A stretch of 64,000 nucleotides of DNA from the human T2T-CHM13v2.0 reference genome, Homo sapiens. The stretch lies in NCBI RefSeq assembly GCF_009914755.1, contig NC_060947.1. The stretch is one strand, 5' to 3'. The notes beneath the pieces were generated by a model. That model was not told the DNA's origin and did not search any database. It was given only the letters and a program-made list of their open reading frames with translations. Shown here one piece after another: positions 12,418-25,446 of this stretch (within the stretch, counting starts at the first letter, position 1; each line of letters begins with the position of its first letter). The position numbers and the translations under genes were made by a program.

Positions 12418-13579
12418 TGTAAAATCATGTCATCTGCAAACAGATACAATTTAACTTCTTCCTTCCTGATTTGAAGGCATTGTATTTCTTTTTCTTGCCT
12501 TATTACTTTTAAGCAGAAAGATTAAGAGTGGAAATATCTGAAGGTTGTGTGACCTTAGTAGTAATCAAGATGAAATGAGTAAATGAAGGGGTGACATTCT
12601 ATTGGCTCAGTGATATACCTTTCTGACTAGTATTTTCTATATGCTTAGGTCCTCATTTGTTTTATTTGATTATATATACACATATATGTATTATATTTTT
12701 AAATTAGAGGGCCGCACCTTTCCCAATCCAACCTTACCATTCTCACTACCATTCTCAGGGGTCACATGTAAAATAAGTGAAACTACATCACTTTAACCGC
12801 TTTTTTCAAAGCCATCACTAATTCCAGTGGAATTCCTCTGTCAGTCCTTGGTTAGTAAATTATACCTGCTGACCCCATGTAGAATCTCACTGAAGAGTGG
12901 GGAAAATTCATCACTGTTGGGTTAAAAATGGCTTATAGAAGCTGGGGAAATATTTTAGTTTTTCTTTGTGATTGAATCACGTGATCAAAGTCAATAGCCT
13001 GCAAACATGACTTACATCAATATATTTGCTCTGTTTTTGTTTTTTTAAGAATGGGTTTTTTTCTCACCATGGGTTCTGTAGAACTCTAGTTTGGTCAATT
13101 TGCAAGATAATAAATATTCCATTAGCTACAATCTCCAGGGAAACTGCAATTGCTTTTAACAAATTTTGTCTTTATTTTATTGAGGATTTTGGGGAGAGTA
13201 GCCACTTTCTTTTTCTCCACTCTCCTCATTTTCCTTTTCAGAATTGTAAGTAATAAGTTTAATTTAATTACCTTTTTGCTTGAAATTTTAAAACACAAAA
13301 ATCATTGTGTTTGGTATCATTTTAGATCATCTTTACATTCACATAATATTTAAAAATTTATCAACCACATACCTATATTATTTTCCTATGATGTGGATTC
13401 ATAAGCTACTTGGGTCAAACATCATCTGCTAAAATTCAATTTTATGTAGTAAATGCACATATATGTATTTTACTCTAAAATAAAGTACATTACTATTAGT
13501 TCTTGAGCCTCACCTCAAGCTCATATATCAACACTGCACAAACTTTGTTCTAGGAAATACCATTTTTACTGAGTATGCA

Positions 13580-13872
13580 TACAAGCTCACAGCTCTGAAA
13601 CCCAAAAACTTCAGAAATTTTCTTAGAAAATTTGGCAAACAATTCCTTAGTATCTAAACTTAAAACTTAAAAGAGTGTGAGGCTATTTATAGTCTTTATT
13701 TATCAGAGAGTGAAACTTTTTCCACAAAACTATAGAAATGTTGTGTTTGATTCGCTGCTGGCATAATTATGTAAGATATGTGCTTTCCACCTCATTATAT
13801 TTCTGAAATCTGAAATATTTTGGTTTCCAAATCAAATCTGACAAAAAAGTTTCACGTAAGAGACTGTGGATC
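13580..13872 (+). mobile_element. MER46C (Tigger-family MITE)
   Basis: 'gtgaggctatttatagtctttatttatc' and terminal 'gtttc..taag.gactgtgga'. Confidence 0.75.
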
Positions 13873-14179
13873 ACACACACACACACGCAAATGAGTGCAT
13901 TTTGTGGGACATAAGTTTAAAAAATTCTATGTGAAATAAAGACAAAAACGGTCTCTTTTTCATTTCTTAGGTCTTTTACTTTGCTCATTTCCTTGGACTT
14001 TCCAAGGATTGATGGAGTATGCAGTATTTTCAGAATATTTGAATGAGTAACCACTTTATCAAGAAATTTCTTATATGCCCAGTCTTCAGCAAACCTTTTT
14101 TAGAAAACCACATAACTATAGAAAGACTAATTGTCCTGAATTTGGACAGCTGCACCATTATTTCATTTCTATCACTCAC

Positions 14180-14590
14180 AGGAACTTTACATGCAAGGTC
14201 ATCAATTCTGTCTGCATTGCCAAATTCAATAGCCATTATTCAGTTCTCATCTTTCCTCTCATAGCATTTTACACTGTTGATTGCCTCCTTCTTGAAACTT
14301 TGGCATCCAGGACACCACCAAGTCCTTTTTTTTTTTTTTTTTTTTTTTTTGCTACCTCATTTGCTGCTACTTGGGTCTCCTTGATCAGAACAGTAACCTC
14401 TTTTTAATCTCTAAAGATTGAAGCGCCTCAGAATTCAAACCTCAGATCTGTTCTTTTCTCTATCTTTCTTTACCCTCTATGCAATCTAATTCCCATCTAT
14501 ATTTTGAAACATATCATGAAATGCCCATCTATATCTGAAAACCCTCAGTAGTGAATATGTACCCTGAATCTCTCTACAAATAACCAACTT
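14180..14590 (+). mobile_element. L2 fragment
   Basis: 'aaggtcatcaat...cattgccaaattcaat...tcagttctcatct...cttcttgaaac'. Confidence 0.75.
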
Positions 14591-14874
14591 CCTTTACTTC
14601 GGTGGAGTTTCTATTGATTTTACTTTTCTTTTGTGATTATCTTTACACAGAGATAACAGTTTGTTATATGTACAGATGTAGTCTTCATCCCGGGTAATTT
14701 TATTTAAACAATGGACTTTCCCCATGTAAACCAGACCTTGGTATGCATACTTCAGAGAAGATAGGATAAGCTAATTCATGGCTTTTAAGCTTGAAATTCT
14801 GAAGTTTTCAACAACAGAGTTGAGATTATTCTTGAGTATGCCTGTACATTATTTCCTGTCTGAGGCCTTGGAAT

Positions 14875-15375
14875 ATGGTGGTTATTATCTGCTTCCTCTC
14901 TTCCCAGGTCTGTTATCTGCCTTTCTCTTCTCTGTTCTTTGCCCCAAGAGGCCAATCACTATAAAATGGATTATTGAAGATCCCTGGATCTCGCACTTCC
15001 AGTTGGGTTCAGTCAATGGGATTCACCATCAGGAGGCAGGAAAAGGGAGAAGCCAAGGTATTTATACTTCTTGCTTCCGACTAACTTCAGTGAAGTTCTG
15101 GAAGTGGCTGTCTCCCGCAGTGACTATACCCTTTTTAGTTTTCCCCTTTATAATGGTTCCAGGCCCTAACCAAAGCTCCACTAACACTATTTCTTTCCCT
15201 TATCATCCCTTCTCACCTGGGGTTGGGGAATAGCTTCCTGCTTTACTAGCCCTTAGGTGCCTCAGTACCTCTTGTAGAGATACTCATGGTAACCTCTTCT
15301 ACTCTATTTCAGCATGCTGGTAAAAGGGAACTTTTAAAGGCTGTGTATCAATCTGTTTCCTGGACAGAAACCAAC
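14875..15375 (+). mobile_element. LTR33-like ERVL LTR
   Basis: 'cttccagttgggttcagtcaatggga' and 'atagcttcctgc..tactagccct'; similar to 56960-57410; strand uncertain. Confidence 0.65.
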
Positions 15376-16199
15376 AGCACTCTCAGAAAATATAATAAAA
15401 TAACTATTGGCATAGATGTGGGCAAAGTTTTGAGAAATATCAAGGTGAGTTGTACCTTAAATATCTTCATAGAGATCTGATTGAATGCTTTGGATCTGAA
15501 ATTATCATAGAGCATGACATAGATATATCTAAATATCTGGTTTATTTCTTCCTTGTTTTGCTAGATTTACATGCATCCTGCCTGAGAATTTTACTGCATA
15601 ATTTTCAGTTTTCATTATTATAAAAGAGGGAGACTATAGATGAAAATAAGTGCTCAATGAATAGTTGAAACTAAGTTTCAAAATTTTATTCTGAGCCCAA
15701 AATATATCCTGCTCCTATAAAAAAATGTAAAATAACAGACATATTTATAGATGTATTTCATTGAGGCTCAGTAGTTGTGTATATATGAAGAAAGAAAACA
15801 TGCAAAAATTCAGCAGAAGGGAACAGAAGGATATAGAGCACAGGCACAGAACCAGATTTTACATCACTATTTCATCTATTTTAATTCTACAACTAACAAC
15901 ATTCAGTGAATAAAAAAAGTGTGCAGAAGAATTGAAATTTTAGGAAGTAATGAAATACCCTCTAGCAAAAGATTCTAAACTCAAAGTTTATCAAGTAAAT
16001 AAGACCAGGAAAACTTCTATGTCTTTATTTTCTACATAATTAGGAAAGAAGAGGGTACTTGGATATTTGCTTTAGATAGTAGAAAAAAATTAAGTTGGAA
16101 TTATGGGAGAAAAAATATCTGATCTTTCAATGGCAAGGAATATTTCTAAGAACAAGAGAGGACAAGAAGGCAAGAGGGCATATATAGGTACAGACAAAA

Positions 16200-16730
16200 A
16201 GATATTTTAATAAATATATAAATCTAGAAATAGACAAAGATGTGTTGGAGAAATGTGAGACTATGGAAAGTTATACTTTATAGTATAAAACTAACTATTA
16301 AATGTAGAAAGAAAAGAAAAAATTATTATTTGGTAACCATGATAAAAATTAATTCAGGTAAACAATCATCAACAAATGCTAAAACTAGTGGGTTGAAAGT
16401 CTACAGAGCAGTAAGATTTGTACAAAGTTTCAAGGAATTTCCCCCAAAAGAAAAATAAAAGCATTGACTTTATAATGGAGAATCCTGACAGATATTATCT
16501 TAACCAAGAAGTCAAACATAACATCACTAGAAATGAGACCAATAGACATTATATGCTTCCAGATGTGACGCACTGAAGAGAGTACACATCCCTATTGTAA
16601 TCTTCCTGAGAGAAAAAAGGCTATCATGATCTAATGATGAGGAAACAAACCAAAAATCGCAGAGTGAGACATATTCTACAAAATAACTGTGCCGTATCTT
16701 CCAAAAATATCAATGTCATAAAGCAAGTCA
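16200..16730 (+). mobile_element. L1MC4/5-type 3'UTR
   Basis: 'gactttataatggagaatcctgacaga...cttaaccaag...aacatcac'; same family as 5930-6290. Confidence 0.75.
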
Positions 16731-17902
16731 CAAACTCTTTTTTGAAATGTGCACTGTTTGCTGCATAGGGCATAGTCTTATATCAGAACTCTATGAATTT
16801 GTATTGTGAGTCTTCCCTCAGGTCTTGCCAGAAACTCTGCATGGTGTCTTTTGTCATCTCTGGCATTTGTAATAACCTAAGATCTGCCAGAGCATATGGA
16901 CCAAGCAGAACCACTTGTGTTGCAGCCTGTTCCTTTCTGCTCTGGGCTCCACTCAAAGCGAGACCGTTTTATGTCACTCAATATATGGGCTGGAACAGTA
17001 TTGCCAAGGATTATGCCTTGTCCAAGACCCAAAAGTTCTTCTCAGTAATTATGCTTTTTTATTTGTGGATGAATATGTGAGATACAATAATATGCTCTTT
17101 ACTTTGGAGGAGATATGCTGCCACATCCCAGATCATTAGACCTTTAATATGTTTACCAATGTACTGGACCCCTGTTTTCAGAATGCAAGCTTCTTACTAG
17201 GACTCTCAACATACTTGCCACTTTTCACTGGTAGTGTTAGAGAGATATAGTCAATATGTTGGGATATTCTGACATTTTTCAGAATGTCCAGACGGTTCAG
17301 GTGTCTTCAGAATAAATTACATCAGAGGGCAAGAGAGCTAACATAAACCTGGGACAAGACTGTAAACATATATTGTTATCTGCCCTTAGTAAATGCAAAC
17401 TGTTCATGGTTCTCTCCTCTCTTCTAATAAAAACAAAGAAATGCATTGGCCAAGCCAATGATGGCTTAGCATGTACCTGTGGCTGTGTTAATCTATTCTA
17501 GCAGAAACACCATTTCTGGCACAGTGGCTGCAATTAGGGCTATTAAATGTTTGAGTGTGCAATAGTACTAATCCAGAATATGTCTGGATTCTGCAAGAAC
17601 TATACGGATGAATTAAATGAAGATATAATAGAGATAAACCATCTGTCATTCTTTGGCTACTGCTGCTATCAGGAGGTAAGATTGCTTTTATTTACTATCT
17701 TGGTTGAGTGTTGGGGCAGTTTCAAAAGTTTCTACTTTGTCTTTTCCACTATGATATCTCTTAACCCTACTGGCCAAGGAACCAGAGTGGGATTCTGTCA
17801 ACTACCAAAGTTATCTATTTTAATTGCATATTTCATGCTATATACCCCATGGATTAACTGCTAGACAGACCTGGGCCAGGATTCTATTAATTAGCTGGTC
17901 AT

Positions 17903-18500
17903 TACAAAGCAGGTTCACTGTGCACCAGCATCAATCCTAGAGGAGGACTCAAATCCCTTACCCACTGCATGTTAGGGTGTGCCAATTTCTATCACTTGCA
18001 TGAGTCCTGTGAGACAGAACACTAGCACAGAACAGGTTACACGGAGCAGATGGGCAACAAGAAAATAATTACTTGTTTTTAATATAAAATAATAATAAGT
18101 AATAATAATTAATAATAATATTATTACTTGCAGATGGGCAACAAGAAAAAATAAAAGCCTAGGATCTGTGGTGAGCTGGTCTCCTAAGGCTCAAGAAAGC
18201 TGCACATGGTGGTTGGAGTCTCATCTCCATGTGCCCCACTTGCACCACACCTGAGGGACCCTGGAAAGCTCTCCACTCTGGACTTTATACGCTGGGAGAA
18301 ACATAAATTGCTGGACTGAAGCATTGTAGAAGATCCTGCTCTAGGAGGGACAGGAACAGAGCCTATGCTGTTCTGGCTAATTCCTTCTTATCCCAGGATG
18401 CTGCATTTCGAGCACCTTCTACAGTTATTCTTGAGAACTACAAACAAGAAAGGGGGAAAAACCGAGTCAGTCCAAGGCCGCTAAGGAAACTGTCCTGTAG
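17903..18500 (-). mobile_element. MER70-like ERVL solo LTR inserted in the ERVL internal region
   Basis: 'gcaggttcactgtgcacc...ttctacagttattcttgagaactac...gtccaaggcc...tgtcctgta'; homologous to 61095-61620. Confidence 0.75.
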
Positions 18501-19166
18501 TCTTTATATGTTCTAAATCTAACGGGTGTTCATATTGATGTTTTGAGTTGCTGGAAGCTCTAATTGGGAGAGCACTGGGAGAATCATTATTGTGTATACT
18601 CATCATTGATTTGAAGAGCCCTTCTTGGCGACCAGGCCTCTCTTTCACTCCAAGAGTTAAGTGTCTAAAAACTAACTCAGTTCCGGAAACTGAATAAGGG
18701 TGGTGTCTTATATTGGGTCATTTCTTTCAGTATCCTGATAATCCATCTTTGATTTCTTTCGATTGCATCAATTGAACAGAGTACTCCTCAGTTCCATCTG
18801 TCTGACTCCTAGAGATGTCATGTTCTAATAACCATCTCTATAACCTTCTCCATGTCAGACTTCCCTGGCTGCCACTTTGTCTTTTTCCACTCAATACAAT
18901 AATTACAACCATCTGACTTACAGTTACATACTGCCACCTGTCTATTGTTTTAAGTTTCTACCACCTCCATTGCTATCATGAGCCCAATTCTGTAATAGTA
19001 TCTCTTCCCATCATCCCTGACCTACAGATGAGAGCAACCACTGAAATATTTAGTGGTCTGGTGGCCCCTAACACTAGCATATTCCTTACCATTTTGCATA
19101 AGATACAACCTGTGGGCCATACTTTGAAGCATATGTATCTGATAGGTTTTCCAATATCTCATAGTA

Positions 19167-19955
19167 CAGTAGTCTTCCCTTATCTGCAAGGAATACATTC
19201 TGAAACATTAAGTGTGTGCCTGAAATCGTGGATAGCACTGAAGCCTATATATACTAAGCTTTTTTCCTATCTGTACATACCTATCATAGAGTTTAATTTA
19301 ATTTAATTAATCTGGCACAGCACATTGATGTCCATCAAAACATTTTCTGTCTATGTCTTCCACCAACAACTTTAACGTCTTTTCCATCTTAAATAAGCAC
19401 TTATATTGCACTGTGGCTGCAACTTTTGCAGCTTGAGGTATATGGCATAACTAGTACAAATTTATTTTTTCTTCTTCACAATTTCATGGAAAGGAGTTTC
19501 GTTTTTACCATAGATCTTAGCAACCTCAGCATACATAATTTTTTCCTTTCCTTATTGAAAACTTTTACCTTTTTCAGTTAATGGAGCAATTTATGGCTTC
19601 CCTTTAGCATATCTGAATTGCCTGCATCACTACTCTTACACGTTGGAGCCATTATTAAGTAAAATAAAGGTTGCTTGACCACAGTACTGAGATACTGTGA
19701 TAGTCAGTCTGATAACTGAGACGTCTACTAAGTGGGTAACAGGTAGGTAGCATAAACAGCTTGTTTCTGCTGGACAAAGGGATGATTCATATTCCAGGCA
19801 ATGTGGAGCAGAATAACGTGAGATTTCATCATGTTTCTCAGAACAGCACACAATTTAATATTTACGAATTATTTATTTCTGAAATTTTCCATTTGATAAT
19901 TTTGGACTGGGGTTGACCATGGGTAACTAAAACCATGGAAAATGGAGGACTACTA
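19167..19955 (+). mobile_element. MER44 (Tigger7-derived) DNA transposon
   Basis: TA-flanked ends cagtagtc..cccttatc and ggaggactacta; 'cctgaaa.cgtggatag.actgaa.cctatatatact'. Confidence 0.85.
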
Positions 19956-20731
19956 TACAGCAAATCCACTCTAGCATGCTTACTATTATGAAAATTTTAA
20001 TATCTTACTTCACAGTCTGCAGTGTGATGTGTGAGGTTTCCATCTCCATTGTAAAAGTTATTGCTTTTTCCACACTTCAGTATGTCCGCAGGATAGAGTG
20101 CTCTTGCCAAGGTAATAAAGCCCGTATCCTAAAAGAGTACTAACAAATCAATTAGCTTTCTATGTTCTAACTTTATATTCTATCCACACTTGATCCAGCA
20201 TCCTTTATCTTCAGTCCTATATTGACTTTTAAGGTTTCTGGTGGTATACGTTAGCTAGGTTCTTTAGATTTTTTAATAATATGGTCCCTTTTCTTCTTCA
20301 TCAAATATTCTATATATTTGCATGGGTTGTGTTGTAAATTAAACCTAGTGAAGTCTTAGTATCCTAGAGAGAAGATAGGAGCAGATCCTGGGGTGCAATG
20401 TGAGCGCATATTGCTGTACGGGAGAAACTTTCAAATCATCTTCAAAGAGGGGTGGTGCTAGCCATTAACAGCTAGGAGTGGGCCACTTCTTCAGGCTCAG
20501 ATAATTCAGGGAAATTTAGAAATATAATAATTTTTAGGTGTATTAACACAGATGTCTCTAGGTTAAAAGTTTTTACTTGTAATATTTAATGTTTTATGTT
20601 GGATTATTGCCTGCATCACTACTTTTACACCTTGGTGCCAAAAATGAAAAAGGCATTACAAAAAGAATTAATATTGATCAGTCTGTTATTACTGACCAAC
20701 AATATTGGCCAGTCTGTTATTACTGACTTAA

Positions 20732-20827
20732 CCTATTTATGCCTGATGTTGCAATTTTTTGAATTTTTGCAATCAGACCTTGCCGACAACCTTGAGCAGT
20801 AGGATATAAATAACTCCCACATGCTTA
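20732..20827 (-). mobile_element. MER85 (piggyBac/PGBD3 MITE), 5'-truncated
   Basis: TTAA (20728-20731) followed by the TIR cctatttatgcct; reverse complement matches recalled MER85 'taagcatgtgggagttatttatatcctactgctcaagg...gcaaaaattcaaaaaattgcaac'. Confidence 0.9.
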
Positions 20828-21329
20828 TAAAATTATGACTTGTGAAGATCCATATCTTTAAGCGAAACTTAGCTGCCCTGCAAAAAAAAATTAAATAATA
20901 GTCTCTGATATATAAATATCAGCCAAACCAAGTTATAATTTTATTTGGAAAAATGAAATATTTCAATTTTCTATATCAGTATGCCTCTCTCTTGGTTGCT
21001 AGGTATTGTTTTAGCAAGGAACCATTGTGATCCTGAGGTAAATTAGAAAGATAGGGAGGGCATAATATCAGCCCTTTGCCAACTGGATTCTACATTTTGT
21101 GCTATGGATTTTATAAATGTCTAATTAAATTTTAAATTTTAACATAATATTAAAATATGTAAAAGTGGTAATAGAAACAAAATATATTAACTCAAATTTT
21201 TATAATTAAGTTGTAGTGTATTAGATCCTATTAAATCTTATGCTGACATATTAATTATCCTTTTATAATAACTATTATTTTATAACTGTTTTGACTATGT
21301 TTTTGGATTTTTAGTTTATTTTAATATCA

Positions 21330-21392
21330 AAAGGAAGGAATGCAGGAAAGAAAAGAAGAAAGGAAGGAAAGAAGGAAGGCAGGCAGGCAGAC
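21330..21392. repeat. (GGAA)n/(GGCA)n purine-rich repeat
   Basis: Visible in sequence. Confidence 0.8.
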
Positions 21393-22242
21393 AGATAGTC
21401 CAGAGAAAAGCAAAGTAGCATGATTATATGGAACAGGATAGTCCCTTAAAGGAAAATAGAAAAGCACCAACCAGAAGAAGTAGGAATGGATGCTGAATAT
21501 GGAAACATCACTTACAGCTACTACACATGAGTAACACAGAAAAAAAATGGACTTGGGGCTATATGCGTGGCTTCACAATCACTTTGGTCATCAATAAACC
21601 AGGACATTAAGAAGTGTTTGGAAATATAATATATTTTGAGCAGTAGGGAAGGGGCAACTTTTCAAAATCTTTTGCTTTGTGTTATCATCTTCATTATATA
21701 TGCATTGCATAAAAAGAGAGATTTTAAATATCAGAAGTTGATCTAGAATAGCATTTCTGAAGAATTCTCAATATATCAGTGCCTAATAAGCCCTTTTAAG
21801 AGACACAGTGCTGGGGTCACATTACACACCAAATGGAAAGGGAGAGTTGGAGCATCACAAAAGCTTGGTGCCAGAGAAAGACATTGAAGCAAAAACTGCA
21901 CAGATCTGCCTTCACTCCCTCAGCCTGGAATAAGTTTTTCATTTATCAAGGAAAAAACTAAATTAAACCGATCTATAAAATTCTTATCTATTTTAATCAG
22001 TGATAGAGAAGATTATAGTGTTCCACTCTTTAAGGAAATACTTCATCACCAAATAAATACCTTATATCACCTATTAGAGGTAATAGGGCAATAAAAGAAC
22101 ATACTTAAAGATTAGAATCTAATATCCATAAAGGAGCTAGGGAAATCCTATATTATATTTGAGTTTATGACAACTTTTCAATATTTTTCACTTTGTGTTA
22201 TCATCTTCATTATATATGTATTGCCTAAAAAGAGAGATTTTA

Positions 22243-22562
<320 letters not shown>

Positions 22563-22679
22563 TTAAATATCAGAAGTTGATCTAGAATAGCATTTCTGAA
22601 GAATTATCAATATATCAGTGATTATATTTAGCAACAAAGGATATAGTTTCATAAGATCACAGAGTTGTTCTCAAAATAA

Positions 22680-22800
22680 TTTTATCCAACCCTTTCAAAT
22701 GAGTTGATAGAGATCCTGAGAGATAAAATGACTTGGCCAAGGTCATCCAAACAGCTTATCTCAGAGTTAGAAGGATAACCCACTGCTTGTCTCACACTTT
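22680..22800 (-). mobile_element. MIR fragment
   Basis: 'gagagataaaatgacttggccaaggtca'. Confidence 0.55.
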
Positions 22801-22846
22801 AATGTCTTTGGTGTGTAAGTTTTCTACCTACATGTTTCAGGTTTCC

Positions 22847-22848
<2 letters not shown>

Positions 22849-22879
<31 letters not shown>

Positions 22880-22893
22880 CACACACACACACA
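22849..22893. repeat. (CA)n microsatellite, interrupted
   Basis: Visible in sequence. Confidence 0.95.
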
Positions 22894-23402
22894 TCAGGAA
22901 CAAAGGAACTAGCAAAACGAAGACATGTCTATATAATTGAAATAATTTACTTCGAATGATATAATTATAATTATGCGTATGAGTATATGACCATGAGCAC
23001 ATTAAATTGATGTGGAGTTATAGCTATAAAAACAGATAGTACTAATAGGAGATGATATTAGATTTATAAGATGTAATTATTCTAAAATCTTTATTGTTAG
23101 TACCAAGGATTGACAAATCAAGGAGAGTGTATAGACGTGTAATACCTTATTTTCATCAAAAACTATAATTAAATCTCATGACTGCATCGTGGACAATGTG
23201 GAAAAGGTGCTGACAGGAAGAATAACACATCCAGATAACCTACAGACTAAGCAGCCAGATTCCCCAAATCACTGGACCCATCTCAATCTGGAGGAATGGG
23301 AATTGTTCATTCAACTGCATTCACAAGTACTGCATATCCTTAAAATAGTTTTTAAAAGACAGCTTGTTTCATAGTTACAAGAAAAATTACAAGAAAGATA
23401 TT

Positions 23403-23926
23403 TGTCAATAATTATCAAGGTTCTGAGATTTTACCCTACTTGCAAGCTAACAAGTTGGCCTACCACATTTTCATGGATGTTGGCAGAGATACAATATCCC
23501 TGGGTCGAAGACAAAGATCTTTATTATACACAGCACAGCAGGCAGCATGAGCTTCATACTTACATTTGTTCTTCTTATCCTGCAAATCCCATAGAATTGA
23601 TATGGAGAAGTCCAGTCGATGCTGCTGCACATATGGTGGGCCTGTGTCACAGCTGAGCAGCCCTGCACTTAAAAAACCTGAATCCTTCACAGGGTACTGC
23701 TGATAAACATGCTCAATTTTTGCCTCAAGGGAGACATTATCTTTATAATCCTGGAGAGCTAACAAATTTATCTTCTGATTAAGGACTGAGAAACTATCTT
23801 TATTGCCCAAGCCTGTTCCTTCATACAGACATCCTTGAAAAGACAGTCCAGAACAAAAGCTCTCAGAGCCTCTACTCAAAAGCCATGCAGAAATGTGAGA
23901 GATCAGTAGGAAATTATTTCTCAACA
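23403..23926 (-). mobile_element. LTR40-like ERVL solo LTR
   Basis: TG...CA ends; minus strand begins 'tgttgagaaataatt...ctctcacatttctgca...cttttcaaggatg'. Confidence 0.75.
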
Positions 23927-25446
23927 GGTGGCTGTATCATCAGCCATTCATGAATTTGCACAAGTTGCTCCAAAAGTAATTTCCTCTAATTGAACACCTA
24001 ATAAACTTTACTGGGACAGCAAATAGAATGTGACAGCTGGCACTTGCTTTCAGGGGCAGGCATCTAAAAACCCAGAAAAGTTCAATTCTACCTGTTATCT
24101 CAAAACCCCACACAAATTTCCTTAGAAACCATAAAAAGCCTATGTGTCTTATATCGACAAATTCCTCATTCTGCACTGGTAAGAAAAAGAAAGGGAAGAA
24201 AAAGAAAAAAAATTGTGATATAGTCATTTTATGAACTTCTGTTTGCTATTATGAACTTCCTTCCAGAACTTTTTCTGGTTTCAATGATGAAGCTGGGATG
24301 TGCCACATGAGCTCACACATTGGGCAACTTTCTGGAGAAGGGAGGTATGTTAGCCCATTCTGCATGAGAGGTCAGTGGGCACAGGGTCTGAAACCACCAT
24401 ATCAAATAACAATCTCATCAACCACTGTTACTTTTTATTGGGTTGCACCTTGGATTTACCTAGTTAGAGTTTTTCCCAGGTTCGTTTGAAGAAAGTGGTA
24501 CAGGCAGCAACCTGATGGGCACAGAGCCTTCTCCAAATTGCAAAGAAATCAGACCCCACCCCTATCAACAACAACCATATCTGCCTCAGTAAGACATTCA
24601 ACAAATCCACAGTCGGAAGGAAATTCAGAGTTGGAAATAAGTCTAAATATCCTTATGATAGTACTTAATAAAGGAATATACAACCTATTTTTTGATTTCT
24701 GATTCAAGGGTTAGAATTCTTAATTATTTGCCCTCTATCTAAGGGGCAATTAGAATGTTTGACTCTGTCACTTTCCTACTTATTTATAGAGAATTCATAC
24801 GCAAAAAAGGCCATTTAATGTTTGATGGTATTTTTAACTCTTAAAAACTCTGTTATTATTATATTAACAAACAAGAAATTATAAATAGCAAGCAGGAATT
24901 TTCAAGCTTTTTTCTTTTACAGGTACATGCTTTGACTTCATATTTGTATATGTAGTCTTCAGAATCACAGTGACCTATTTGTGAAAAACGAATGTTCTTC
25001 CTAAATCAAACCATCTTGCTTATAATGTTTTACACATGAAGATGGAGTGTATATCACAGTTGCTGAGGAAAGAGTAGAGCTAAACATTCATTCAATTTCG
25101 TCATGAACTTTCAGAATTTATGTGAATTCTTTGAAGCCTGTGTCTTAACTCATTTGAAATTATTCATCTTTCAAATAAGTATTCACTCTTTCCCATGCTT
25201 TGTATTACCAATGTGTTGCAGAAGACAGAAACGGAGAAAGTTGGGAACTATGTTATAAGTCTTTTGTCAAATGATAACATATTCAGGAATATATTATTGG
25301 ACTGAAGCATATTTCCTGCTTGATTCTGAACAACTTCTTTGTCTGTTTATTGCCCCTCCTTACCAGGATAATCCAGGCTGCCAAATTGGATTTTGGCATG
25401 TGGCTTGGATTTACCAATGTTTTGTTGCCAACCCTAGATCTAAATA

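Larger units (their letters stand above)
8995..12510 (-). mobile_element. L1MA9/L1MB-type element (host), interrupted by L1PA, AluJ and Tigger3b
   Basis: 3' end 'gaggtataatt..aaaattgcata.attcaaggtgtaca'; antisense ORF2 resumes at 10656-10707, 11215-11236 and 12420-12510 ('atcatgtcatctgcaaacag', the FADD region). Confidence 0.85.
16735..20560 (-). mobile_element. Decayed ERVL-class internal region (gag-pro-pol remnant; HERV16/ERVL-E-like), with nested LTR and MER44
   Basis: Hand translation of the minus strand at about 17245-17545 gives 'IAATVPEMVFLLE*INTATGTC*AIIGLANAF' and 'QFAF...QYMFTVLSQVYVSSLAL...QHIDYI'. These match ERVL RT motifs (DLANAF, LPQGY, YIDD). Multiple stops present. Confidence 0.85.

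Noticed and set aside
20670-20727. Spaced short direct repeats (also at 2082-2141 and 18046-18149) as CRISPR-like arrays
   Set aside because: Only two units each, primate context, no cas genes
20732-20827. Possible snoRNA/snRNA pseudogene
   Set aside because: No match to recalled U3, U8 or U13; TTAA, TIR and internal sequence identify MER85
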